Assembly: GCA_040754215.1 (NCBI GenBank)
Contig: JBFMDE010000002.1
Location: 1-61,446 of the forward strand
Source of the DNA: Chloroflexota bacterium
Lineage (GTDB): Bacteria; Chloroflexota; Dehalococcoidia; JACPPY01
DNA length: 61,446 nucleotides
Reading direction: 5' to 3'
Shown here: piece after piece, positions 54,604-61,446 of the stretch
Numbering within the stretch: position 1 is the stretch's first letter
Layout: the number at the start of each line of letters is the position of its first letter
Position numbers and translations under genes: made by a program
Notes under the pieces: generated by a model
Database searches by the model: none
What the model saw: the letters and a program-made list of their open reading frames with translations, nothing else
Told to the model about the DNA's origin: nothing

Positions 54604-56015
54604 GGCGTCTGAGGCTGGCGTTGCCCAAGGGCAGGTTGCTCCGGCCGACCAGAGTGTTGCTGGAGAAAGCCGGGCTTGGCCTTGATGGCTACACCGAGGG
54701 CAGCCGGCAGTACCGGCTGGAGTCGCAGAGGATACCAGGCCTCTGCGCCAAGGTGTTTCAGGAGAGGGACATCCCGGTCCAGGTAGCTATCGGCAACTAC
54801 GATATGGGTATATGCGGGCGGCAGTGGGTGGAGGAGCTACTGGTGCGGTACCCCCTCAGCGGGCTGGTGCTGGTGAGAGACCTGGGATATGCCAGAGGAA
54901 GGGTGGTCGCTGCAGTCGCCGGGTCCAGCGGCTTCAAGTCGGTGCGGGACCTGGCGCATGATAATGGCACACTGCGTATCGTCAGCGAGTACCCCAACCT
55001 GGCCGAGTCTCTGGCACTGGGGCTCCGGATAAGGAGGTTCAAGGTGTTCCCCGTGTGGGGCGCGGCGGAGGCCTACCCGCCGGAGAACTCCGAGGTTGCC
55101 GTCCTCTGGCGTGATTCGGAGCGGAACACTTTCTTTCCGGGCATCGTGCCGCTCAAGGTCGTCCTTGAGGGCGGTGCCTGCCTGGTGGCAAACAGGGAGA
55201 GCTGGGAAAGACTCGACATGGGGGAGGTGCTGGGACTGCTGTGCCAGGCGATTGGCCCTGGTGGGGAGGAAGTGGTCTCCACCATGCCCGAGCCCCCCGT
55301 GCAGACATCCTGTACGGTTGCCCCCTCGAAGTCCGGGGATGAGTGCGTCTGGCTGGCCCTGCCCGATGGGCACCAGCAGGCACATGTTGTGCGATTCCTC
55401 AGCAGGACGGGGGTCGCCGTTGAGGGCTACTCCGGCAGGGAGTCAGGCCGTTGTCCCAGCATCAGCCTGCCCGGTGTGAGGGTCAAGGTGGTCCGTCCGC
55501 AGGACATGCCGCAGCAGGTCGCCAGTGGCAACTTCGACCTGGCGGTCACGGGCCAAGACTGGCTGACCGACCACCTGTGTCGTTTCCCCTCGAGCCCGGT
55601 GGAGGAGGTGCTTGACCTGGGCTTCGGTCGGGTCAGGCTGGTGGCCGCGGTCAACGGTGATATGGGGGTTGAGAGCGTGTCACAACTGAAACAGTGGGGA
55701 CGTAACAGGTCGGCACTGCGGATAGCCTCCGAGTATGTCAACCTCGCGGACAGGTTTGGCCGTGAGCATCACCTGGCGCCCTACAGGGTGGTCCCCACGT
55801 GGGGTGCTACTGAGGCCTTTCTCCCGGAGGACGCAGACCTGCTCATAGAGAACACGGAGACAGGACGCACCCTCGCGGAGCATAACCTGAAGGTCATTGA
55901 TACCCTGGCGGTGTCAACGGCTTGCCTCATCGGCAACCGCCATGCCCTGGCCTCGCCGGCACGGCGGAAAAAGCTCCTGGCAGTAGCGGACGCGTTCAGG
56001 AAGGGGCTGGGCTAG
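54600..56015 (+). CDS. hisG: ATP phosphoribosyltransferase, tandem-duplicated short-form HisG (471 aa)
   Basis: Two HisG-S-like halves. Half 1 has LRLALPKGRL but no PRPP loop. Half 2 (from about 55347) has VRPQDMPQQV, RIASEY and the canonical ENTETGRTLAEHNL loop. Confidence 0.8.
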   Translation: MRRLRLALPKGRLLRPTRVLLEKAGLGLDGYTEGSRQYRLESQRIPGLCAKVFQERDIPVQVAIGNYDMGICGRQWVEELLVRYPLSGLVLVRDLGYARGRVVAAVAGSSGFKSVRDLAHDNGTLRIVSEYPNLAESLALGLRIRRFKVFPVWGAAEAYPPENSEVAVLWRDSERNTFFPGIVPLKVVLEGGACLVANRESWERLDMGEVLGLLCQAIGPGGEEVVSTMPEPPVQTSCTVAPSKSGDECVWLALPDGHQQAHVVRFLSRTGVAVEGYSGRESGRCPSISLPGVRVKVVRPQDMPQQVASGNFDLAVTGQDWLTDHLCRFPSSPVEEVLDLGFGRVRLVAAVNGDMGVESVSQLKQWGRNRSALRIASEYVNLADRFGREHHLAPYRVVPTWGATEAFLPEDADLLIENTETGRTLAEHNLKVIDTLAVSTACLIGNRHALASPARRKKLLAVADAFRKGLG

Positions 56016-56016
56016 G

Positions 56017-57348
56017 ATGAAGCTGGTGCGTGGCATGGATGCAGCCCGTGCAGCCCTGGCGAGAGAGCCCGGGAGCGAGCCGCTCGAGGTGCCTCCCGGT
56101 ATACGGGAGGGCATCAGGCGGGTTTTCGGCCAGGAGTTGACTGTTGAGCAGGTCGTGTTGCATGTCCTGGACGATGTCGGGCAGCGCGGAGATGCTGCCG
56201 TTATCGAGTACTGCAAGAAGTTCGACGGCGTGGACCTCACTTCACTGGAGGTAAGCGAAGTGGAGTTCGGGGCTGCACGCAGGGGAGTTTCGGATGAGTT
56301 GGTTGCAGCGCTCGAGTACGCCGCCAAACGCATCTACGATTTCCACCTGTCGCGCAAGGGCGAGGTGGGCCTTCGCCTGGATGCACAGGGGGTGGGTTAT
56401 ATGATACAGCCGCTGGGGCGGGTGGGGGTCTACGTCCCCGGTGGCCGTGCCTGCTATCCGTCCACGGTGCTCATGACCGCGCTCCCTGCGCATGCGGCAG
56501 GTGTGTCTGAAGTAGTCATGTGCACTCCGCCCGGCAGGGGTGGTCATGTTCCCGCCCCGACGCTGATGGCAGCCCGCATAGCCAGGGTGGACCGGGTCTT
56601 CAAGATAGGCGGTGCACAGGCCATCGCCGCCATGGCCTTCGGCACGGAGTCTGTACCGGGGGTGGACAAGGTCTGCGGCCCGGGCAACGTCTTCGTCACC
56701 CTGGCCAAGAAGGCTGTCTACGGCGTGGTGGATATTGATGGCCTTCAGGGGCCCAGTGAGCTGGTGGTGGTCGCTGACGACTCTGCCGAGCCGGCCTTCT
56801 GTGCCATTGACCTGTTGGCCCAGGGCGAGCACGACCCGATGGCCAGGGTGGTGCTGATAGCCACCTCTGAGGAGATGGCGCACCTGGTGGAAGGAGAGGT
56901 ACGGCGGCAGATGAAGGCGGTGGGCCGCCACAGCATTCTCGCCAGGTCGGTGGTGCAGAATGGCATGGTGGTGGTCGTTGATGGGCCTGAGCAGGCCATC
57001 GAGCTGGTCAACCTGTATGCCCCGGAGCATGTCCTGCTCATGGTGCGTGATGCCGATACCTATTTGCCTCGTATCCGGAACGCCGGGTGCATCTATGTTG
57101 GTGCGGGGACACCCCCGGCGATTGGTGACTTCGTGGCTGGTCCCAGCCATGTCCTGCCCACCGGCGGGACGGCCCGCTTCGGCTCGCCGCTGGGCACCAG
57201 CGCCTTTCTCAAGGTCACCAGCGTGGTGGCCATGTCCCAGGGTATTCCCCCGGAGATGGCCTCTGCGGCCCGTGCCGTTGCGGAGGCCGAGGGCTTTGAG
57301 GCGCACCGCCGCTCGGTGCAGTTGAGGACAGAGGGCCATGACAGGTAG
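56017..57348 (+). CDS. hisD: Histidinol dehydrogenase
   Basis: 443 aa with the YPSTVLM, GPGN.FV and QGEHDP motifs. Confidence 0.95.
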   Translation: MKLVRGMDAARAALAREPGSEPLEVPPGIREGIRRVFGQELTVEQVVLHVLDDVGQRGDAAVIEYCKKFDGVDLTSLEVSEVEFGAARRGVSDELVAALEYAAKRIYDFHLSRKGEVGLRLDAQGVGYMIQPLGRVGVYVPGGRACYPSTVLMTALPAHAAGVSEVVMCTPPGRGGHVPAPTLMAARIARVDRVFKIGGAQAIAAMAFGTESVPGVDKVCGPGNVFVTLAKKAVYGVVDIDGLQGPSELVVVADDSAEPAFCAIDLLAQGEHDPMARVVLIATSEEMAHLVEGEVRRQMKAVGRHSILARSVVQNGMVVVVDGPEQAIELVNLYAPEHVLLMVRDADTYLPRIRNAGCIYVGAGTPPAIGDFVAGPSHVLPTGGTARFGSPLGTSAFLKVTSVVAMSQGIPPEMASAARAVAEAEGFEAHRRSVQLRTEGHDR

Positions 57349-57355
57349 GTGGTAC

Positions 57356-58432
57356 ATGGAGAAGCTCATACGTCCAGACTTGGCCCGTGCCGGGGCTTAC
57401 ACCCCTATCCGACCGCTGGATGTGCTCAGCGAGCGCAGCGGCGTGCCGCTGTCCGAGGTCATCAAGCTGAATGGGAACGAGAACCCCTATGGGTGTTCGC
57501 CCCGGGTGCAGCGTGCCCTGGCTGCGTATGGCTACTATCACATCTACCCGGACCCTGAACAGCAGGAGCTGAGGCTGGCGCTGCAGAAGTATGTCGGCGT
57601 TGATGCGGAGCACATAGTCGCCGGCGCTGGCTCCGATGAGCTGATCGACCTCATCCTGAGGCTGCTCCTGGACCCGGGGGACGAGGTGGTGAGTTGCCCG
57701 CCCACCTTTGGCATGTACCAGTTCAGCACCGGCGTGTGTGCAGGCAAGGTGATAGATGTGCCCCGTGGCGGGGGGTTCGCCGTGGACGTTGCTGCGGTGA
57801 AAAGGGCCGTCACCCCGCGGACCAAGGCCGTCTTTCTGGCCTCGCCCAACAACCCCACGGGGAACATCGTCCCTGAGGGCACGGTAAGGGAACTGCTGAG
57901 ACTGGGCATAGCGGTGATAGTGGACGAGGCCTACTACGAGTTCAGCGGCGTGACGGTGGTGCCGCTGGTAGCGGAGCATGACAACCTCATGGTGCTGCGC
58001 ACCTTCAGCAAGTGGGCGGGGCTGGCGGGACTGCGCGTCGGCTACGGCATCTTCCAGCCTCAGCTTGTGGCCTACCTCATGAAGATAAAGCAGCCGTACA
58101 ATATCAGCTCGGCGGCGCAGGTCGCAGCCCTGGAGTCGCTGGCGGACCTCGATTATCTTCGGGGTACCGTCGGGGCGCTGGTACGGGAGCGGGAGCGGCT
58201 GCTCTCGCTTCTGCAGCGATTGGACTTCCTTTGTCCGTACCCTTCACAGGCCAACTTCATACTGTGTCGCGTGACCAACGGCAGGGCGAAGGAGATACAC
58301 CAGGAGCTGCAGCGGCGGGGCATATTCCTGCGCTACTTCGACACGCCCTTGCTCCAGGACTGCATACGTATCAGCGTGGGCAGGCCGGAGCATACCGATG
58401 CCCTCATGCGCACGCTTGAGGAGATGGGATGA
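57356..58432 (+). CDS. hisC: Histidinol-phosphate aminotransferase
   Basis: NGNENPYG, SPNNPTG and the SKWAGLAGLRVGY PLP-lysine motif. The alternative ATG 57338 overlaps the hisD stop. Confidence 0.9.
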   Translation: MEKLIRPDLARAGAYTPIRPLDVLSERSGVPLSEVIKLNGNENPYGCSPRVQRALAAYGYYHIYPDPEQQELRLALQKYVGVDAEHIVAGAGSDELIDLILRLLLDPGDEVVSCPPTFGMYQFSTGVCAGKVIDVPRGGGFAVDVAAVKRAVTPRTKAVFLASPNNPTGNIVPEGTVRELLRLGIAVIVDEAYYEFSGVTVVPLVAEHDNLMVLRTFSKWAGLAGLRVGYGIFQPQLVAYLMKIKQPYNISSAAQVAALESLADLDYLRGTVGALVRERERLLSLLQRLDFLCPYPSQANFILCRVTNGRAKEIHQELQRRGIFLRYFDTPLLQDCIRISVGRPEHTDALMRTLEEMG

Positions 58433-58456
58433 TACGAGTGGTGAGATTGCCACGTT

Positions 58457-58474
58457 GCCCCGACCAGTCGGGGC
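58457..58474 (+). other. Short GC hairpin in the hisC-hisB spacer
   Basis: GCCCCGAC-ca-GTCGGGGC within a 123-nt intergenic gap. No T-run. Confidence 0.3.
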
Positions 58475-58555
58475 TCCTCGCAATGACGAAAAGAATCGGA
58501 TTGCTGGGCACCCCTAAGTGGTGTCGAGAACTCTTGTGGACTAAAGGAGAGTGAC

Positions 58556-59146
58556 ATGGCCGGAAGGATAGCCACGGTAAAGCGCGAGACCAAGGAGACC
58601 ACCGTCAAGGCGGAGTGGAACCTGGACGGCAGCGGTGTTTTTGACATAAGTACTGGCATCAGGATGCTGGACCACCTGGTGTCGCAGCTTGCCCAGCACG
58701 GCGTGTTTGACATAAGACTGTCGGCCACCGGCAGTGACAGTCACCACGTGACGGAGGATGCGGCCATCTGCCTGGGGAAGGCCCTGAACCAGGCGCTGGG
58801 GGACAAGCGCGGGATAGCGCGCGCCGGACACTCGGTCGTCCCGATGGACGATGCCCTGGTGCTGGTGGCCGTGGACATCGGCGGCAGGCCGTACGCTGTG
58901 GTGGATGCCAGCTTCGGCGGCGCGGCCATCGGCGGCCTGCCGGTGGAGCTGTTGCGGCATTTCCTGGTCTCCCTGTCGAGTGAGGCCCGAATCAACCTCC
59001 AGGTGCGGGTGCTCGAGGGCGTTGACGACCATCACAAGGCGGAGGCGCTGTTCAAGGCCCTGGGCCGCGCCCTGGATGCCGCCACCCGCATTGACCCCCG
59101 GCTCTCCGGCCGTATCCCCAGCACCAAGGAGGTCATTGAGGGATAG
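58556..59146 (+). CDS. hisB: Imidazoleglycerol-phosphate dehydratase
   Basis: 196 aa with RETKET, HH..E and DDHH motifs. Confidence 0.95.
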   Translation: MAGRIATVKRETKETTVKAEWNLDGSGVFDISTGIRMLDHLVSQLAQHGVFDIRLSATGSDSHHVTEDAAICLGKALNQALGDKRGIARAGHSVVPMDDALVLVAVDIGGRPYAVVDASFGGAAIGGLPVELLRHFLVSLSSEARINLQVRVLEGVDDHHKAEALFKALGRALDAATRIDPRLSGRIPSTKEVIEG

Positions 59147-59214
59147 GCAGCCTCAATCCGTGCGTGCAGGTTCAAAAGGCTCATCCTCGGGATAGACCTT
59201 CGCCCTCACTCTGG

Positions 59215-59270
59215 CCCTCTCCCATCAAGGGAGAGGGAATGGCGTTTCTCCCTCCCCTGGCGGGAGGGAG
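59215..59270. repeat. Two adjacent 9-bp-stem/5-nt-loop hairpins built from CCCTC/GAGGG motifs
   Basis: CCCTCTCCC-atcaa-GGGAGAGGG (59215-59237) and CTCCCTCCC-ctggc-GGGAGGGAG (59248-59270), followed by a third G-rich tract. Confidence 0.6.
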
Positions 59271-59320
59271 TCAGAGGGAGGGGGAGAAACACGGGTCGAG
59301 ATGAAAGTGGGATAAGGTCT

Positions 59321-60151
59321 GTGGAGTTCAGGATAACCACCCTTAGCGAGAACACGGCGTCGTGGGGCCTCGTCGGCGAGTGGGGCCTGAGCATGCTGGT
59401 GGAGGCCGACGGCCTCAGGGTCTTGATGGACTGTGGCTTCAGCTTCTCCGCCGCCTACAATGCCAGGACTCTCGGCGTTGACCTCGCCTCCCTCGACCGC
59501 ATCGTGCTCAGCCACGGACACGCGGACCATACGGGAGGCCTGGACGTGGTGCTGAAGAGTACCGGCCGGAGAGAGGTCGTCGGGCACCCGGACATATGGG
59601 AGAAGAAGTACGCGCGCACCCAGGACGGTGGTGAGCGCTACGTGGGCATGCCGTCGGTACGGGAGGGGCTCGAGGCGCTGGGCGCCGGGTTCGTCCTGAC
59701 CAGGGAGCCGGTGAGGCTCTCCGACAGGGTGATGACCACCGGCGAGATACCGGTCACCGTGGACTACGAGGGTATCGAGCCGGAGCTGTACGTTCGTCGG
59801 GGCGCGGAGAGCATGCCGGACAGGCTTGCCGACGACCTGGCGCTGGTGATTGATGCCGACTTCGGCCTGGTGGTCGTTCTCGGCTGTGCCCACCGCGGCA
59901 TCGTGAACACGCTCCATCACGCCCTCAGGCTGACAGGCGGGGAGTCAATCTACGCCGTGGTCGGCGGCGCCCACCTGTTCCGCGCCTCGGAGGAGCGCCT
60001 GGAGAGGACGGTAGCGGACCTCCGTGAGATGGGTATCCAGAAGCTGGCTCTGTGCCACTGCACCGGATTCAAGGCCCTGTCGCGGCTGGCCCAGGAGTTC
60101 GGCGACGGGTCTCTACAGAACAACGCCGGCACCCGAATCGTCCTGCCCTAG
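59321..60151 (+). CDS. MBL-fold metallo-hydrolase (COG1237-like)
   Basis: 276 aa with a GTG start. SHGHADHTGG (HxHxDH) motif and the N-terminal ITTLSEN pattern of this subfamily. Confidence 0.8.
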   Translation: MEFRITTLSENTASWGLVGEWGLSMLVEADGLRVLMDCGFSFSAAYNARTLGVDLASLDRIVLSHGHADHTGGLDVVLKSTGRREVVGHPDIWEKKYARTQDGGERYVGMPSVREGLEALGAGFVLTREPVRLSDRVMTTGEIPVTVDYEGIEPELYVRRGAESMPDRLADDLALVIDADFGLVVVLGCAHRGIVNTLHHALRLTGGESIYAVVGGAHLFRASEERLERTVADLREMGIQKLALCHCTGFKALSRLAQEFGDGSLQNNAGTRIVLP

Positions 60152-60223
60152 AGACCGCTCGGTCGTAATTTCCAGCGTGTTGGCCCTTCCCCGTCCCTCT
60201 CAGGGTGCCGGGTGAACTACATC

Positions 60224-60252
60224 TTGCCTTTCCGTTCATCGCTCACTATAAT
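60224..60252 (+). promoter_or_regulatory. Candidate promoter of the nucleotidyltransferase/HEPN cassette
   Basis: TTGCCT (60224-60229), 17 nt spacer, TATAAT (60247-60252), 33 nt upstream of ATG 60286. Confidence 0.5.
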
Positions 60253-60285
60253 GAGCATATACTCAATCTTTGGAGCTATGTTTGA

Positions 60286-60852
60286 ATGCTGGGTTCACAT
60301 ATTACTACGACCATCAGTCAGAAGGTTCTGAGCTTCCTTGCCAAGTTCTCGGACAAAGAATTCTACGAGCGGCAAGTTGCTCGCAGGCTTGGTATAGCTT
60401 ACGGCTCGGCAAACCGGTCCTTGAATGAGCTGTATTCGACAGGCGCTATCACACGGAGGCGAGAAGGGAAGATGTACTTTTACTCCGTGAATGCTTCCAA
60501 TGCAGCCATAGCAGAGTACAAGAAGCTGGTAAACCTGATACTCGTTGAGCCATTAGTAGAGAAGTTGAAGGGCATAGCGGACCGCATAATACTCTATGGA
60601 AGCTGTGCCCAGGGCACGGATACTTCCCAAAGTGACCTTGACTTGTTTATCGTCGCGGATAACAGAGAGGATGTGGCTGGTGTGGTCGGCGAATTCAGCC
60701 TGCCGAAAGGCTATGAAGACCTGCATATCCAACCGGTAATCAAAACCCCTGTTGAGCTTCTGCAGATTGGGGAATTGGAACGCGCCTTCATTGAAGAAGT
60801 GGAGCGCGGGATCGTTCTCTGGGAGAGGGCTGCCAGTGAATCAAGAGTTTAA
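60286..60852 (+). CDS. wHTH-fused minimal nucleotidyltransferase (MNT-type antitoxin-like)
   Basis: 188 aa. N-terminal wHTH (RQVARRLGIAYGSANRSLNELYSTGAI) and the NTase motif LYGSCAQGTDTSQSDLDLFIV. Confidence 0.8.
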   Translation: MLGSHITTTISQKVLSFLAKFSDKEFYERQVARRLGIAYGSANRSLNELYSTGAITRRREGKMYFYSVNASNAAIAEYKKLVNLILVEPLVEKLKGIADRIILYGSCAQGTDTSQSDLDLFIVADNREDVAGVVGEFSLPKGYEDLHIQPVIKTPVELLQIGELERAFIEEVERGIVLWERAASESRV

Positions 60853-61267
60853 GCAGTGTCTTGAGAGCAAGAAAATAATCCCTTTTGAACGGGGCAAAGG
60901 ACTGATCAAGAAAGAACTCTCGACCGCTGAGAGCGACCTTTCCGATGCCAAAGCCGGCTATCAAGACAAACGCTTCAAGTGGTCAACCATCCAGGCCTAC
61001 TATTCCATGTTCCACGCAGCCAGGGCGCTCATCTATTCCAGAGGCTATCGCGAGAAGAGTCACTATTGTCTTGCCGTCGCATTGAGAGCCTTGTATGTGG
61101 AGGAAGGCAAGTTGGATGCTCAGGCAGCGCGAGACTTCCTCAGTGCTATGAACCTACGAGAGGCAGCGGACTATGAGGCCAAGTTTTCTGATTCTGGAGA
61201 TCGAGTAGTCATCGCTTCTGCCGAGAACTTCATAGGAAAAGCAAAGGTTGTCCTGGGTGTTGGCTGA
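60836..61267 (+). CDS. HEPN-domain protein (toxin-like partner)
   Basis: GTG 60836 follows GGGAGAGGG and overlaps the NTase end by 17 nt. All-helical, with YYSMFHAARALI and LREAADYE HEPN-family signatures. I did not see a canonical Rx4-6H motif. Confidence 0.7.
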   Translation: MNQEFKQCLESKKIIPFERGKGLIKKELSTAESDLSDAKAGYQDKRFKWSTIQAYYSMFHAARALIYSRGYREKSHYCLAVALRALYVEEGKLDAQAARDFLSAMNLREAADYEAKFSDSGDRVVIASAENFIGKAKVVLGVG

Positions 61268-61272
61268 CTGTT

Positions 61273-61371
61273 AACCACAAGGCCGGGTCCCGCGCCTCGG
61301 CGTGGCTGGCCCGGGAGTTCGGCGACGGATTCCTCCAGAACAACGCAGGCACCCGCATGGTCCTGCCCTAA
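61273..61371 (+). pseudogene. Orphan 3' fragment of an MBL-fold hydrolase gene
   Basis: Translates to NHKAGSRASAWLAREFGDGFLQNNAGTRMVLP-stop, colinear with the last 32 codons of the intact MBL gene (CHCTGFKALSRLAQEFGDGSLQNNAGTRIVLP-stop). No upstream coding sequence. Confidence 0.65.
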
Positions 61372-61446
61372 GGACTGCGGCACGCTCAGGTCTACCAGGC
61401 CGTGGCCCTGCTTGAACAAACCGTGAGCCTGTTTGGTAAACAGTGA

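Noticed and set aside
59206-59394. 62-aa minus-strand ORF spanning the hisB-MBL spacer
   Set aside because: Its sequence (..PLPLTPSRQGREKRHSLSLDGRG..) is the translation of the CCCTC/GAGGG hairpin module, and its 5' end overlaps the start of the MBL gene on the opposite strand, so it is unlikely to be a gene.

Overview
A GC-rich bacterial chromosomal window, roughly 60% GC by eye. Genes are tightly packed, Shine-Dalgarno sites are strong, and many stop/start codons overlap. The taxon cannot be determined from sequence alone, but the gene content suggests an anaerobe.

Most of the window is core metabolism:
- a GH57 gene with a small regulator
- a large minus-strand acyl-CoA cluster: CoA-transferase-like protein, two acyl-CoA dehydrogenases, a carboxyltransferase, a thiolase, an HMG-CoA-synthase-like/DUF35 fusion, an amidohydrolase and an SDR
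- an ABC substrate-binding protein and tRNA-Thr(CGU)
- a selenocysteine formate dehydrogenase operon (FdnGHI type plus FdhE)
- a two-component system
- argC, speH-speE and pcrA
- a liu-like trio (carboxyltransferase, enoyl-CoA hydratase, HMG-CoA-lyase-like)
- an M50/CBS protease
- an NfeD-stomatin pair
- a hisZ-hisG-hisD-hisC-hisB operon

The regions that look accessory or unusual are:
1. A translationally coupled operon of a KamA-like radical-SAM enzyme, two Ddl-like ATP-grasp ligases and a GNAT. It matches no pathway I know.
2. A 2328-aa secreted Rhs/YD protein with 12 NHL repeats inserted in the YD shell. Its lower-GC C-terminal tip is hydrophobic and overlaps a small membrane-protein gene, a putative toxin/immunity pair.
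3. A lower-GC nucleotidyltransferase/HEPN cassette bracketed by diverged copies of the 3' end of an MBL-fold gene.
4. Apparent pseudoenzymes or fusions: an HMGCS-like protein lacking its catalytic triad, a fused GctAB-like protein lacking the catalytic Glu, and a tandem-duplicated HisG.

All motif and alignment statements were made by eye and no searches were run.
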